Assembly (NCBI GenBank): GCA_051362555.1 | Contig: CM120643.1 | Span: 186,001-250,000, forward strand | Length of the DNA stretch: 64,000 nt | From: Lingula anatina | Taxonomy: Eukaryota > Animalia > Brachiopoda | Direction of reading: 5' to 3' | Part shown: positions 52,101-64,000 of the stretch, in pieces | Layout of the letters: each line of letters starts with the position of its first letter | Numbering within the stretch: the first letter of the stretch is position 1 | Notes under the pieces: generated by a model | What the model saw: the letters and a program-made list of their open reading frames with translations, nothing else | Told to the model about the DNA's origin: nothing | Database searches by the model: none | Position numbers and translations under genes: made by a program

Positions 52101-55100
52101 TTTAAGTCTAAAATCCATTTAAAATGTTCAGTAGACTTTACATAAAATATCATAAATAATACACATTTTTACAAATACACATATGTTTGTAGAAAAATCG
52201 AATGGACACTAATAATAAATATGGCTAGCGGATTGAATTGTTCAAGCAATAATCAATATCTTATAACCTGTACGTTATATGTAGAGTTTTTGATCTCTCA
52301 GTGTGACTAGCCTTTACAATGCACTCCAGAGCAATACGAAATTCTTATATGTAAGAAATAGTAGCGCGGCACTACAATACTTCCTAAGAACTCCTTACGA
52401 AACACAAAAAAAAAACCCAAAAGAACTGAGGCTTTTTATCATCCAAAAACATCATCCAATCAAACCATTATTCAGTAAATGTCCTTACGTTCACAAGTTG
52501 GTTGCGTTCCGTCCCATTGTCCTGATAGTTGACATTTTCTCTGTCTAGACCCCTGTAGGTAAAACCCACTGTTACAGCTGAATGTCATCTCTCCCCCGTA
52601 CACATTCCCAGTGGGGCCACCGGAGTGACTCTGAACCCCGTGTTCTAACCCGGGGAGGGCGCCACAGGAGATGACTAGTGGAATGAATACAAATATAAAT
52701 ACTATAAATATCTTTAACTATTATTTTATGTTCTAAAGTGTCTGACAACCGTTTTAGCTTCTTATATTTTTTTTATATTTTCTCTGTAATTTACATTTGC
52801 ATACTGAAAGAGAAAAAAAGAGGAGAGAAAACAGAGTGAGTAACAAAGCGGATTTAAGGACTCTATAACGGGGATACAGGTATAAAGGCAGACTGCTGTG
52901 CCATGTTGGACCTACTCTGACACTGTGGCAGTTCTCCACTCCATGTACCGTCAGCCTGACATGTCCTGGTGGTGTCTCCCTGAACTCTGTACCCTGTAGA
53001 ACACGAGTAGGACACGGTGCCTTGGTACGTGGTGGCTGTCACACTGTGATTCCCCTTGGTGGGGGTACCCGGATCTCCACAGTCAACGACTAGAACCAGT
53101 TGGAAATATGTGATCATTAAAACATATCATAATAATAGATGCCACTATGCAGTAGTTATCTTTGGCTTGAAGAAAATCGTCGTTGCTCGTTCTTTTCTGG
53201 TGAATAACAAACAAAATTTGTAATATTCGTATTTATAACCATGATAAGAAACTGACCTGGTGATCGATTCTTTATATTTCTATTCCAATATTTGAAAACA
53301 CGGGGTGTAATGCAAATTCTTAAATCACAATGGATTAAGATTAAAAGATCAAGGTTCTACTGGAGTATGTATCACACACGTACGCGAACAAGTCGGTAAT
53401 GATCCATCAAACTGGCCATTGGCTTGACAAGTCCGAGTGTTCGTTCCTTGCAGGCGGTAGCCGGTCTCACACTTGTATGTAACCCTTGTGCCTACGTCAT
53501 GCGGGGGAGCACTCGGTGTGACGTCACCATGGGCGGGTCTGCCCGGATGTTGACAGGTGACCTCTGTTAATATTAATGATATGCATTCTTTATATAACCT
53601 TCTTAAATGTTAAAATATGATTTAAGGTTAACATACTGCAAAATTTCACAGCAGTCTTGCAATATAGCTTATTCTTTACTTTAAATTTAAAAAAAACCTG
53701 TACGTGTTTTACTGTCGCAATGAAGTATCCTAGCACTGGCTATGGAAAATCACGGGTAGGTTTTCTCATTGACTGGTCGACCTTAAATGAAAAATACACA
53801 ATAAATGGATATGACTTCCACTTACTGGTCTCACAACAATTCCCAATAAACCCGGGTGGACAGGAGCACATCGCATTCCCAGGGGTGCCACCGTTACTAC
53901 AGGGTACAGAACACCCCGGGCGTTCCAGGGAGGGACCGTTACAGTTGTGTCCTGCGGCCCAGCCTGAACACCTCGCTGGAGGAGCTTTAGATCGCGTGCG
54001 TGTTCTGGTGCCTAGGAGACAGAGGGAAGTCATTAGTTGCAACATACATGTATAGGATAGTTATCAATAGTAATAAATACCTCCCTTGTCCAAAACTGAA
54101 TCACAATCCGAGTCTGGGAGTTCACACTGTTTCCACTTAGTTTCAAGTAGTGGAAAACCAGGGGATTTCTGAGATCAGAGACCGTCAAGCCTCGGCACTT
54201 TAACTGCGGAGTAAGAGTATAAATGTACAATTTTAGTCTAAACCTATTCAGCATCTATTTACGTACAAAACACTAGTGCTTTATTACCCTCGTGGATGAG
54301 CCCTCTTGATCTGCCTATTTGAACATTATTGAGATATCGCTTTATATTATTTCAAAAGATTAACGCGCACATATTAATCTTAAACAGCTTAGTGACAGAA
54401 AAGGTGAATCCGTGGAAACTGATAGCCATGTTAATAAAAAGCACATAATTCCAAAGCCAAACAATTGTGAAATCTATGTAAAGCTTGAGTATTTAGATAA
54501 TTATTAGAATAATGAAATGTTTAAATAAAGATAGCACCATCAGATCATTGCCAGCATTAAAGGACAGCTACATGTTACCCCCCAAATTGATTTTCCTTGG
54601 GAAATAACCAATGTTCTCGTTCTCACGAAGCATGTATCTATCCCTTTCTGCACTTAGATGTGACCTTCACTTAAATCTACAAAGGCTGATTTGATTAAAA
54701 ATGACTGGCCAGTCATTATAACCAGAGACCATCTTCCTAAGCTCTGATGGATACATCAACATCAGGTACGCCCCAGAAAATACATTAAAGGGGTTAAATC
54801 GTTTATAGGGTGCATGCATTGAAGGAGGGGGGGAGGGGGGGGCTATCAAATCTCATAGAGTGAATATGTACTTTTAACAATAAAACATTTACCTCCGTTT
54901 CCACACTGGACAGAGCACGGGGAATATGGCGTCCATTGAGACCAACAGTTGGCGGTACAGAATCTGTTCAGCTCGTCTCGTCTGGCTTGTTCACTGCGGC
55001 TTTCTCTCTCTTCCTTTCTTTCCTCTCCAGTTATGCGTTTTACCCTGATCCGTATCCGTCTCCAGCCTCTCTTCACTCGGCGAGGTCGGTAAGCCTTGGC

Positions 55101-56372
55101 TTCAGCCTCGTCAACAAACATGGTGTCGTCCTCCGTAATAGTGGCACTGAAGAATACGATGATATCACCACTTACATGGTTTCATCCATGACGATATACA
55201 AGCGTGAAAATGGTTGTTTTCCGGAAAAAATGAACAAGTGTTTAAACGAAAAATCTGACACAGTGATCGGCCACGTGTAACCAATGACTTAAACTGGATT
55301 AATGATACTTGCGGTTATTGAGATATACAGGGTAAGTCTCAGTCGTGACCGGCTCACTGCAGCCATTTATTTCTATGTTGTTGTAAATTTTTTGTTGCTG
55401 TTGAAGTCACAGGTAGTGTAATGTTTGATGATCACACATAGAGAAATTTCTGTTAATTTTCATGCCATTTAGGATTTTCGTTTTGCTCCAAAATATGCAG
55501 TATCAACTTTTAGTGAGAAGTCTTTTCAAAAATAAATACGTATAAGCAACTATCATTTTGTCTTAAATATAGAATCATTTTTTATTAATGAAGGGAAGAC
55601 GCCGGTTCAAAGATGCTCCATAATCCCAACTTTACGCTACTCTCAGGAGAATACAGGGAGGAAACAGATTTCAAATCACACCACACTTTACCTTCTTGTA
55701 CATATTAGAACTAATGATCACAATTTGTAATAAAAAATGTCCATTCAATATTTTTTGTATGATTTTAAGGAGTAAACAGTCAAAACATATATCTAGGTAA
55801 TGCTTGTATTTAAAAAAGGGTGCGTCCCATGCCAGAAGATTTTGTTCCATTATTGCAGATTATGTAAGAACCTACCAGAGAACGTTTGCTTATAGTTTTA
55901 AAATGTTTAGAACTTCTGACAATATTAGTCGCAGCTGATAAAAATTATTCAAACGTAACATGACATAACCCTGAGACTATTTTCAAAACAAATCAAGCAC
56001 GTTTTCTTATTTCCAGTATTATCCTTCTCAAGTTCTGTGTGTTTATTGCCAATTCTGTTCATGAGTTTTTACGTGATTCATTTCAAATAAAATAGCACCT
56101 CTTTAAGACTCAATGAGAGCGTTTTGTTTATTTTCCATCATTTATAGTTATAATTTCTGAGGAAGACTTCCATTGTTCATTCTATGAAACTAGATAAATA
56201 CACAGGACAGTTGTGAAGAACTTATCACCAAAAATCGCCTTGAAAGCCTTGAAAGTTGATCGTAGTGGTAAATATAAAACGCTTACCCCGTGTCCTCGGC
56301 TTGGATCAACGTAAATGCTAACAAAAATGCTCCTAGAAAGAGCAAAATGGATTGCGACTTGAACATCTCCAT
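46190..56372 (-). CDS. G5: paralog of G3/G4 with a distinct SP/pro and an Arg-rich GWRRIRIRVKR mature N-terminus
   Basis: Exons: 56287-56372 (MEMFKSQSILLFLGAFLLAFTLIQAEDT), 54893-55146, 53826-54011, 53384-53563, 52916-53089, 52489-52674, 51806-51991, 51320-51493, 50952-51107, 50529-50711, 50065-50211, 49449(or 49713)-49844, 49125-49334, 48206-48787, 46190-46443. Confidence 0.87.
47232..48117. mobile_element. ~0.89-kb insertion, putative non-autonomous CACTA/EnSpm-like element
   Basis: Absent from the equivalent G4 intron (~38195-38210); termini CACT...AGTG; many GGAGTC/GACTCC subterminal repeats near both ends. Confidence 0.6.
49446..49759. repeat. 66-bp tandem repeat (5 units) at the 3' end of the G5 cbEGF exon
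   Basis: Same unit as 27731-27978; G4 has one unit. Confidence 0.95.
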
Positions 56373-56803
56373 GTTGAGCAGACGTCTATCGCTACACACA
56401 CGCTGTTTTCAGCTTAAACGCGGCCAGTCAGCTGATTAGGCCAGGCAGTTCTGTTGTTACGAGATATGGGGCGGGGAATATTTGCTGAAATTTCGCACCC
56501 GGATCCGCGGCCTCGAGCCTGAGGCCACTCCTGCTGAGTGACAGTTCATTTCGTGGAACAGGATTTACTGCCTTGCGGGGGTCAGATGCTGACCAACAGC
56601 AAGAACAAACAGTCCTGTAAGCAGAACAACATCCTGAAAGCTCAAACTTGAAAGAAGATTGTATCCGGCCCATTTAAATAAACCACAAGTGACTGACCAC
56701 TGACGCTATATGGCGTGGGCGGGTTAGCTACTGGTCCACATGACTGTATATATCATCTACATCTACGTGGTCACGCTACACTGTCGTAATTAAAATATAT
56801 CAA

Positions 56804-56813
56804 GGAAAATCCC
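56804..56813 (-). promoter_or_regulatory. Consensus NF-kB site GGGATTTTCC in the G5/G6 divergent intergenic region
   Basis: Matches GGGRNWYYCC; a similar GGGAAAATCC lies at 13053-13062 between G1 and G2. Confidence 0.3.
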
Positions 56814-57772
56814 ATGATATCATGAGAAAGATGGAATTTTGAGAATAGACACCAGGACAATTTAAATACCTACATGGGTTGATCTAGTGATAACGATCAA
56901 TAAGATCAGGGAAGCTATGTATAGCTTAATCGCATTCCAGTTAAGACTTCTTCAACGTTTCCCACCAATGATTATTTTTTATTCCCCTTTCTCATTTGAT
57001 CGTTGCAATTTAGATTTGCTACAATATATATAGGCCTGGTGCACTGAATCTAACTCCCACTCACAAAATTCGAAAGTTAAGGAAAGACGGGAATTAGTCA
57101 TTAAAATATTATTTTAGTTCACATTCCCACAAAGAAAAGCAGCACCCCTGAGGGTATTTCTGTGTCAAGATCATGTCTGCTGCACGTGGCGCCAGCGCTA
57201 TACTGGACTGTAGAGATAACTAGTAATGTGTTTTCAGTTGGATTTGTCATTCACTAAGCAATAAGAGAAAACATTTTTATAGTTATACGTATATGGCTCC
57301 ATTTCTCACCATTAATAATTTAAAGGACGGTGCAGTAAGAAGAACAGCGTGTTACCCCCTGAAAATGGGGCACTCGTTCTGTTTAATAAAAACAAAACAA
57401 CGCATGCAAAGGGCTTCATTCACGTCTCTGTGAACGGTGTTTATTTGCAGATTGGCGTTGTTTAAATAGGAGTGACAGCAGACGAGTGCTCGACTTATCA
57501 CTGACTGAGTCCTGTTTACAGACTATTAGTACAAGTTTATCTCCCCTCCACCACTAATACGAACATTAACCGGTTCACAACAACAGGATACGAACGCGGA
57601 AGAAAATAGCACCAGCTGTGATTAATTAAGCTTGCCACTCCGTATCCGGGAGAGCCGGGGACGCTGGAGGGAACCTGGATTTTTAAAAACAATTTCAGGA
57701 CGTGGAGTTTTTTACATTTACAGTTTGACATATTGTACGTAGAGCTTCACTGTCACCAAGCCGACTACTGAG

Positions 57773-57943
57773 ATGGACAGAACTTTAGTCGTCTGGTTTA
57801 TATGTGCGTTAATAGGGGGCGCTTCGGCGACGCTAGACAGGTAATGTAAAATTTGACATGCACTTGTATGTACATTTATTTATTTTTTATTTATGTATTA
57901 ATTTACATTTATTTATTTATTTATCTTTTATATATGTTCGCTC

Positions 57944-57979
<36 letters not shown>

Positions 57980-58901
57980 TCTGACTTTTATATTAATGTA
58001 TACATTCACTAATTATTATATCCATCCGTCCATCCACATGCCATATTTCATCAATATACCCCCAAAGTATGCCAGTACTCTGTATGTCGTCTTATATATT
58101 CTATTTGTTTATTTTCAAATCCCAGCTATTACAACAGTGTGGAGCGATCAGCGCCCCATGAAGAGGCTATGGCGCGGTTCCTGGTGGCCCGCCAGGCCAA
58201 GGCTTTCCTGCACACCAGGCCAGTGTATCGTAAACGGGTGAAGCGGGGTTGGTTTGACCGCGGTGAGGAGGCTGTGGAGAGGTACAGGGAGAGTTTAGAG
58301 TCAGACAGAGAACAGGTAAGATAAGCCACACTGGGGGAGGGGGGGGGAGAGAGGAGGGGGAGGGGGGCTGGTTTGACCGCGGTGAGGAGGCTGTGGAGAG
58401 ATACAGGGAGAGTTTAGAGTCAGACAGAGAACAGGTAAGATAAGCCACCCTGAGGGCGCTGGGGGGCACCCTGAGGCCACTGGGGGGTGGAGGGGGAGGT
58501 CCAAACTTGGATGACAGGAGAATATTACATGTAGAAGAGATTCAGGTGCGATAGTTTGGAGGGGTGTCCTATTTGCCAGAGAGAATGAAAAAGCAATCAC
58601 TTGAGAAAAAAGTGTTCATTTTATACGAAATGACAGATTATGCTGTCTCCCGATTTTAGACCTTTTAAGCTGCCAATGTAACATCACTTTAAATAGATAA
58701 AAAAAAAAAGGGGCACGCGGATCTGCCTGACACATTACGTTTCCAAAATCCTGTTGAATGCTAAGTGGAGTGAGGCACAATCAAAGAATCTTCTCTGTCG
58801 CAATGAGATTGCAAATGTCATAATTCACATCTGGTTTTGAGAGCGAAACAAGACTTAAATGCCAAGTGAAAGCTTTATTCAGACATTAAAAAGAGGCTTT
58901 T

Positions 58902-58936
<35 letters not shown>

Positions 58937-60606
58937 AAAGCTTGACATTTTAAGGGGCATGGAAAAAAACAAGACAAGTGTTATATTATCAAGATTTCCC
59001 TTGAATCATTACATAACTTTATGACCATTTTTTATTACGATAGCACCAAGCTTTGGTAGAAATCAAATGTCGCCAGCAGTGGCCGTGGTCGGAGTGGAGT
59101 CCCTGTAGTGGCCCCTGTGACAGCGGGAAAAGGTCAAGGTCAAGGACACTCAAGGCCGACGCCACAGCTGACTGTAAGAAACTGCCGCCGCCTCCGGACC
59201 GCTTTCAGCAGCAGGTGTGCTACATAAACTGCCGAAAACGAGGCGTGGGCAACGGAGACAAATGTATCTGTTATAGAGGTTATATCGGACAATGCTGTGA
59301 GGAAGGTACCAGAAGCTTTTAAGTTTATTTTCGCCTCAGAATAACAGAGCGCAACAAATAGTAAGATCTTAAGTCCTATGCTATTATGTCGATCCGTATT
59401 TATACAACGCTTCTTTTCCTCATCTCAGCCCTGCAGTTGCACTGACTGCAGTTTGACTTGGCCGGCAAAGCACTGTTCAAATTCTCCTAGTAGACCAATG
59501 TAAAGTATATAATATCCCTGAGCTATATAGTGTAATAGTTATATTACTAAGTACATGTAGGCCTACAACCCGCTCCCCGCTCAATCACTTATACCTGTAC
59601 ACTGCCTCTTGGCAAAGTCGGAATGGAAAGGTTCTCACCTGTTAAACATTCACCTCCACAATGCCTGTACTGTTTTTCAGCAATAACATGTCCTCGCCCA
59701 GCCAAGCCACAATACGGGCATATAGAGGGCGTGGTGGTGTGGCCGGCAACCTACAACTCTCACCTGTCTTATGTGTGTGGCAAGGGTTACCGTCTGGAGG
59801 GGGACAGGCACAGGACGTGTCAACTGGACGGGAAGTGGTCCGGCAGAGACCCAGAGCCCTGTCAACGTGAGTGGATGATTTTGTTCGTTATTTCAGTGTG
59901 TTCAGTTAAATAACATGACATTCTTGCAAAGTACAGCACCTCTCAGCTTATTACGAGCGGGTCCTTGGTAATATTTTGGTCCTCGATTTGCCAAGCATTA
60001 AACTTTTCTACACTGATTTATAGGACATTATGATTTAAGTATATTAAAGGGATAATAACTCTTCGTATGAGATCTATATGTCACAATAAAAACATTGTGA
60101 GTAACTCATAGAAATATAATATATTCTGTTTTACCACAAAAACGGCAGTTAAAGCTATTTTTCTAATATCTGAGTTTGTCTTTAGACCACGTGACCTCCA
60201 TTGATGGCTATACTCTGTTATAATATCTTAAGAGATTTTAACAAAAAACAAAACTTTTTAGAAAAAAAACAGGGACTAACTTTGAATGTAAAAATGGATT
60301 CATTAACCATTGGTAAGTATGGGAAAATTGTTGTTTACTCCAGGAAAATTCATTTTTTGGCCGAAACGAAGAGTTATTATCCCTTTAAGAACCGCCTTCA
60401 TAATGGAATCAACAAAATAAAACAATTTTTTTTTCTTTTAACGACTTTTTAAAGATTGTAATGAATTAACTTTGTTTTAATTAACATTATTTGTTTTAAT
60501 CAATTATACCTGTTTAAAACAATTTTCCTTTTCATTTATTGTTTTTTTATTCCTTATTCACGTTGCAAGGCTGCTGAGCAAATTGGAATTTAAACTCAAA
60601 ATAATC

Positions 60607-60670
<64 letters not shown>

Positions 60671-60768
60671 TATGTATTTAAACCCCTACATGCTATGACA
60701 GGCCTGGAGTGCCCTACCGTCACTGCTCCTGATCACGGTATCCTAGTGAACAGTAAAGACATGTACCT

Positions 60769-60818
<50 letters not shown>

Positions 60819-60915
60819 TATGTATTAAACCCCTACATGCTATGACAGGCCTGGAGTGCCCTAATGTCACTGCTCCTGATCACGGTATCCTAGTGAACAG
60901 TAAAGACATGTACCT

Positions 60916-60965
<50 letters not shown>

Positions 60966-61065
60966 TATGTATTTATAAACCCCATCATGCTATGACAGGC
61001 CTGGAGTGCCCTAATGTCACTGCTCCTGATCACGGTATCCTAGTGAACAGTAAAGACATGTACCT

Positions 61066-61112
<47 letters not shown>

Positions 61113-61212
61113 TATGTATTTATAAACCCCATCATGCTATGACAGGCCTGGAGTGCCCTAATGTCACTGCTCCTGATCACGGTATCCTAGTGAACAGTAA
61201 AGACATGTACCT

Positions 61213-61256
<44 letters not shown>

Positions 61257-61353
61257 TATGTTTTAAACCCCATCATGCTATGACAGGCCTGGAGTGCCCT
61301 AATGTCACTGCTCCTGATCACGGTATCCTGGTGAACAGTAAAGACATGTACCT

Positions 61354-61391
<38 letters not shown>

Positions 61392-64000
61392 TATGTTTTA
61401 AACCCCATCATGCTATGACAGGCCTGGAGTGCCCTAATGTCACTGCTCCTGATCACGGTATCCTGGTGAACAGTAAAGACATGTACCTGTATGGAGACAC
61501 CCTGGGGTTCCAGTGTGACACAGGGTACCTGCTACATGGGCCAGACTCCATGACATGTGTACAGGATGTGAAGAAACGAGGCATGTGGAGCGCCGTGAAG
61601 CCGACATGCCAAGGTGAGGCTATGTGTATATATACCATGTGTTGGCGGGATTGATTCTGGATATGTTGAAGTATTCATAAAACATTATTACTGTATGTCT
61701 TAAACGAAGGGCATTTCTTACTTTTTCCAATGAAACTGGCCCCAAATATTATATTTTTAAACGACACAAAATGCTTCTTCCATTGACCTATATACTACTA
61801 GTTGTAGGCTGCATACAGCACAGGGCGAAGTTGTGTCAGTATACATTTCCCTTGTTTATTTAAATTTAAAATACGTACCTGTACCGCCCCTTTTTCAGCG
61901 CGTTACTGTGGAAATCCCGGAATCCCCAACAATGGCGCGCGAAGTGGTCACGTGTACACTTATGACGCCTTGTTGACCTTCACCTGTAACCATGGTTACA
62001 AGCTGATCGGGTCAACATCCAGAAAGTGTCTTCCAACTGGATCCTGGAGTGGAAAACAACCCATTTGTAAAGGTTAGACCTGTTTATTAACTAAATAATT
62101 CATTTCATTTTTTTCAGAAAATAATCTGTTTACTGCTTAGTTAAATCCTTTTCTAATTTGCTGTTCAACTGGCATTATTTCAAAGTCTTATATACACCAG
62201 TATATGAACCGTGATCATCCCTGTTAAAGTCATCTACAAAATTCAGTACAAATGCTACATTTTCGCAAAATACATATATGTAGGCCTACTGTAAGACACT
62301 GAATAGTGTTCTACGGGTAGTCTTCATCTGTGTCCAGTGGTGACTTAGTTTTTCCCCTAAAAACAAGTACAAACTGTACCTTGTTACTATTGCAGAGATC
62401 AACTGTGATCAACTCGAGGCGCCAGCCAATGGAAATATCGCGAGAACCAACGAGAGAAACGGCGTGGGCACCAAACTTGTATTCTCGTGCGCCAGCGGCT
62501 ATGAGCTTGTTGGGAACAACACTATTGAGTGTCTGGCGGACGGCGGCTGGACAGGACAAGTTCCAGAATGTGAAGGTAGTTTTATAGTATTGCCTTGATA
62601 AAAATGGTTAATTGACAGACCATGCCACAAGACAAATAAAAAAGACAAAATGTACTTGCCACCGTAGTCAATGTTAATAAACTTAGGCCATAGACACAAA
62701 TGTTGCACATGCTTAGACATAACGGTATCATTACAGCAACCGGTAGAAATGTTCCCAATCGTAAGGCCGTGTGCGCTAAGGGGTGTTGAAAACGTTTTCA
62801 AATATATTTTGTTGACGCTTACAATTTATCCATATTGTTTTGGTCATTTTTCTAAAATGTATAGATCATCCATATGGCATGAGCTTATGAGATTGCGTTT
62901 GGTAGCTACGGTTACCCACATGTATTATGATCCTCCAGAACGTAAGCATTATGTTAACTTGAAAAATGCACATGATACATGTAATTACACTGTATTTTTT
63001 AGCTATAACCTGCAGTAACCCAGGTAATCCCGAGTTTGGTATCCGTATTGATGACGGGTTTCTCTACAGACAGAACATCAGTTTTAAGTGTCTTGATGGT
63101 TACGTTCTCCGTGGCCAGCAGGGGGCGGTATGTAGGGCTAACAGACAGTGGTCAGCACCTGTACCCCGCTGTTTAGGTAAGTGTTAGTTCTAAGTAGCGT
63201 GTCAGGCTATCCCTAACCATTATAACTATATTGAGGGCGGACTTTCTGTAAGACGGACCCTAATTTTCTTTACACCGGAGTGCAGGAGTGAAGTCATGGT
63301 CATATACTGCTGATATTTCTGTCGATCGTGAAAATAGTTAACGAATTATAACATTCACATAAATTCTGGATTCCCTTCATTGCGTTATCGCATTCACGTA
63401 GACAGTCTTATTCAAATAAACCCTCGTTATAGCTTGTCCCAAGGACACGTACAAGACGGTAGACCAAGGACAAGAGCTGTGTATTCCATGTCCACCAAAC
63501 TCTCACACCGTCACCAACGCCACGGGCAGCAGACAGCTGTGCATGTGTAACGAGGGGTTCATTGGGCCAAACGGAGGACCTTGTCAGGGTAAAATAATTG
63601 TGTTTGTTTATTCATTTACCAATTCATACACCTTGTGGGGAGTCAATTTTTAGCCAGTTAAAAAACTTGGACCTGTGGGAAGACTGTTCCTGTAATGTAG
63701 ATATAACTGTAGTACAAAATACAACTGTAGCTCCATACTACATTGTTAGCTGTGTTAAGTATTGTTTCGTGCGAGTTTAATTAGATTGCTCTCATTCTAA
63801 TTAATTTCCTATCTTAATAAATTACGTCATATCTTTTTGTTTCAGAAATCAGATGTAAGGCACATTCAGCACCTGTTAATGGCAGCGTGGTCTCATGTGG
63901 AACGAGAGTCGGCGAGACTTGCGTATTTGCGTGCGACGAAGGCCACGTGTTGGTAAACGGAAGTAGTGTACGCAGGTGCACAGAAACCGGAAGTGAGCAG
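57773..64000 (+). CDS. G6: secreted SVEP1-like mosaic proprotein (SP, pro, RVKR, TSP1, EGF, 5 CCP, GCC, CCP...), truncated by the window end
   Basis: Exons: 57773-57840 (MDRTLVVWFICALIGGASATLD), 58126-58315, 59044-59305, 59681-59866, 61422(or upstream acceptors)-61613, 61899-62072, 62396-62575, 63003-63176, 63433-63588, 63846->64000. Confidence 0.85.
58250..58448. repeat. ~80-bp direct duplication of the G6 exon-2 3' end and donor, separated by a G-rich spacer
   Basis: tggtttgaccgcggtgaggag...gaacaggtaagataagccac occurs twice. Confidence 0.9.
60048..60384. mobile_element. Kolobok-like MITE, copy 2 (inverted relative to 25359-25694)
   Basis: Same TIRs, TTAA on both flanks, reverse-complement internal homology. 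Confidence 0.85.
60607..61492. repeat. Six 135-150-bp tandem units, each (TAT)n + splice acceptor + 5' part of a CCP exon
   Basis: Unit exon starts at 60702, 60849, 60999, 61146, 61287 and 61422; all spacings are multiples of 3. Confidence 0.95.

Overview
AT-rich, intron-rich eukaryotic (metazoan, probably marine invertebrate) genomic DNA. After the last two exons of a protein kinase gene (+, 1-1492), the whole window is a cluster of six paralogous genes for secreted mosaic proteins resembling SVEP1/SCUBE: G1 (-, 11681-2449), G2 (+, 13930-22327), G3 (-, 35961-24484), G4 (-, 44994-37160), G5 (-, 56372-46190) and G6 (+, 57773 to past the window end). They share a scaffold of mostly phase-1 exons: [TSP1-EGF]-5 to 7 x CCP/sushi-GCC2/GCC3-CCP-GCC-cbEGF-sushi-like-Cys-containing SEA-like region-GCC. 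The most striking feature is the N-terminus: signal peptide, propeptide, furin site (RxKR), then a short paralog-specific segment. In several copies that segment resembles a cationic/amphipathic antimicrobial peptide (GFLGGIGKAVGGLLKGVVSIGGLLL; SWLGGIIKKITG; GWRRIRIRVKR). G4 appears to be a G3/G5 unequal-crossover chimera. Other features: in-frame tandem repeats that multiply splice sites, a Helentron-type element carrying a 146-bp satellite, several MITEs, and NF-kB/IRF-like motifs. Exon boundaries were read by eye, and domain names come from Cys/Trp spacing patterns, not database searches.
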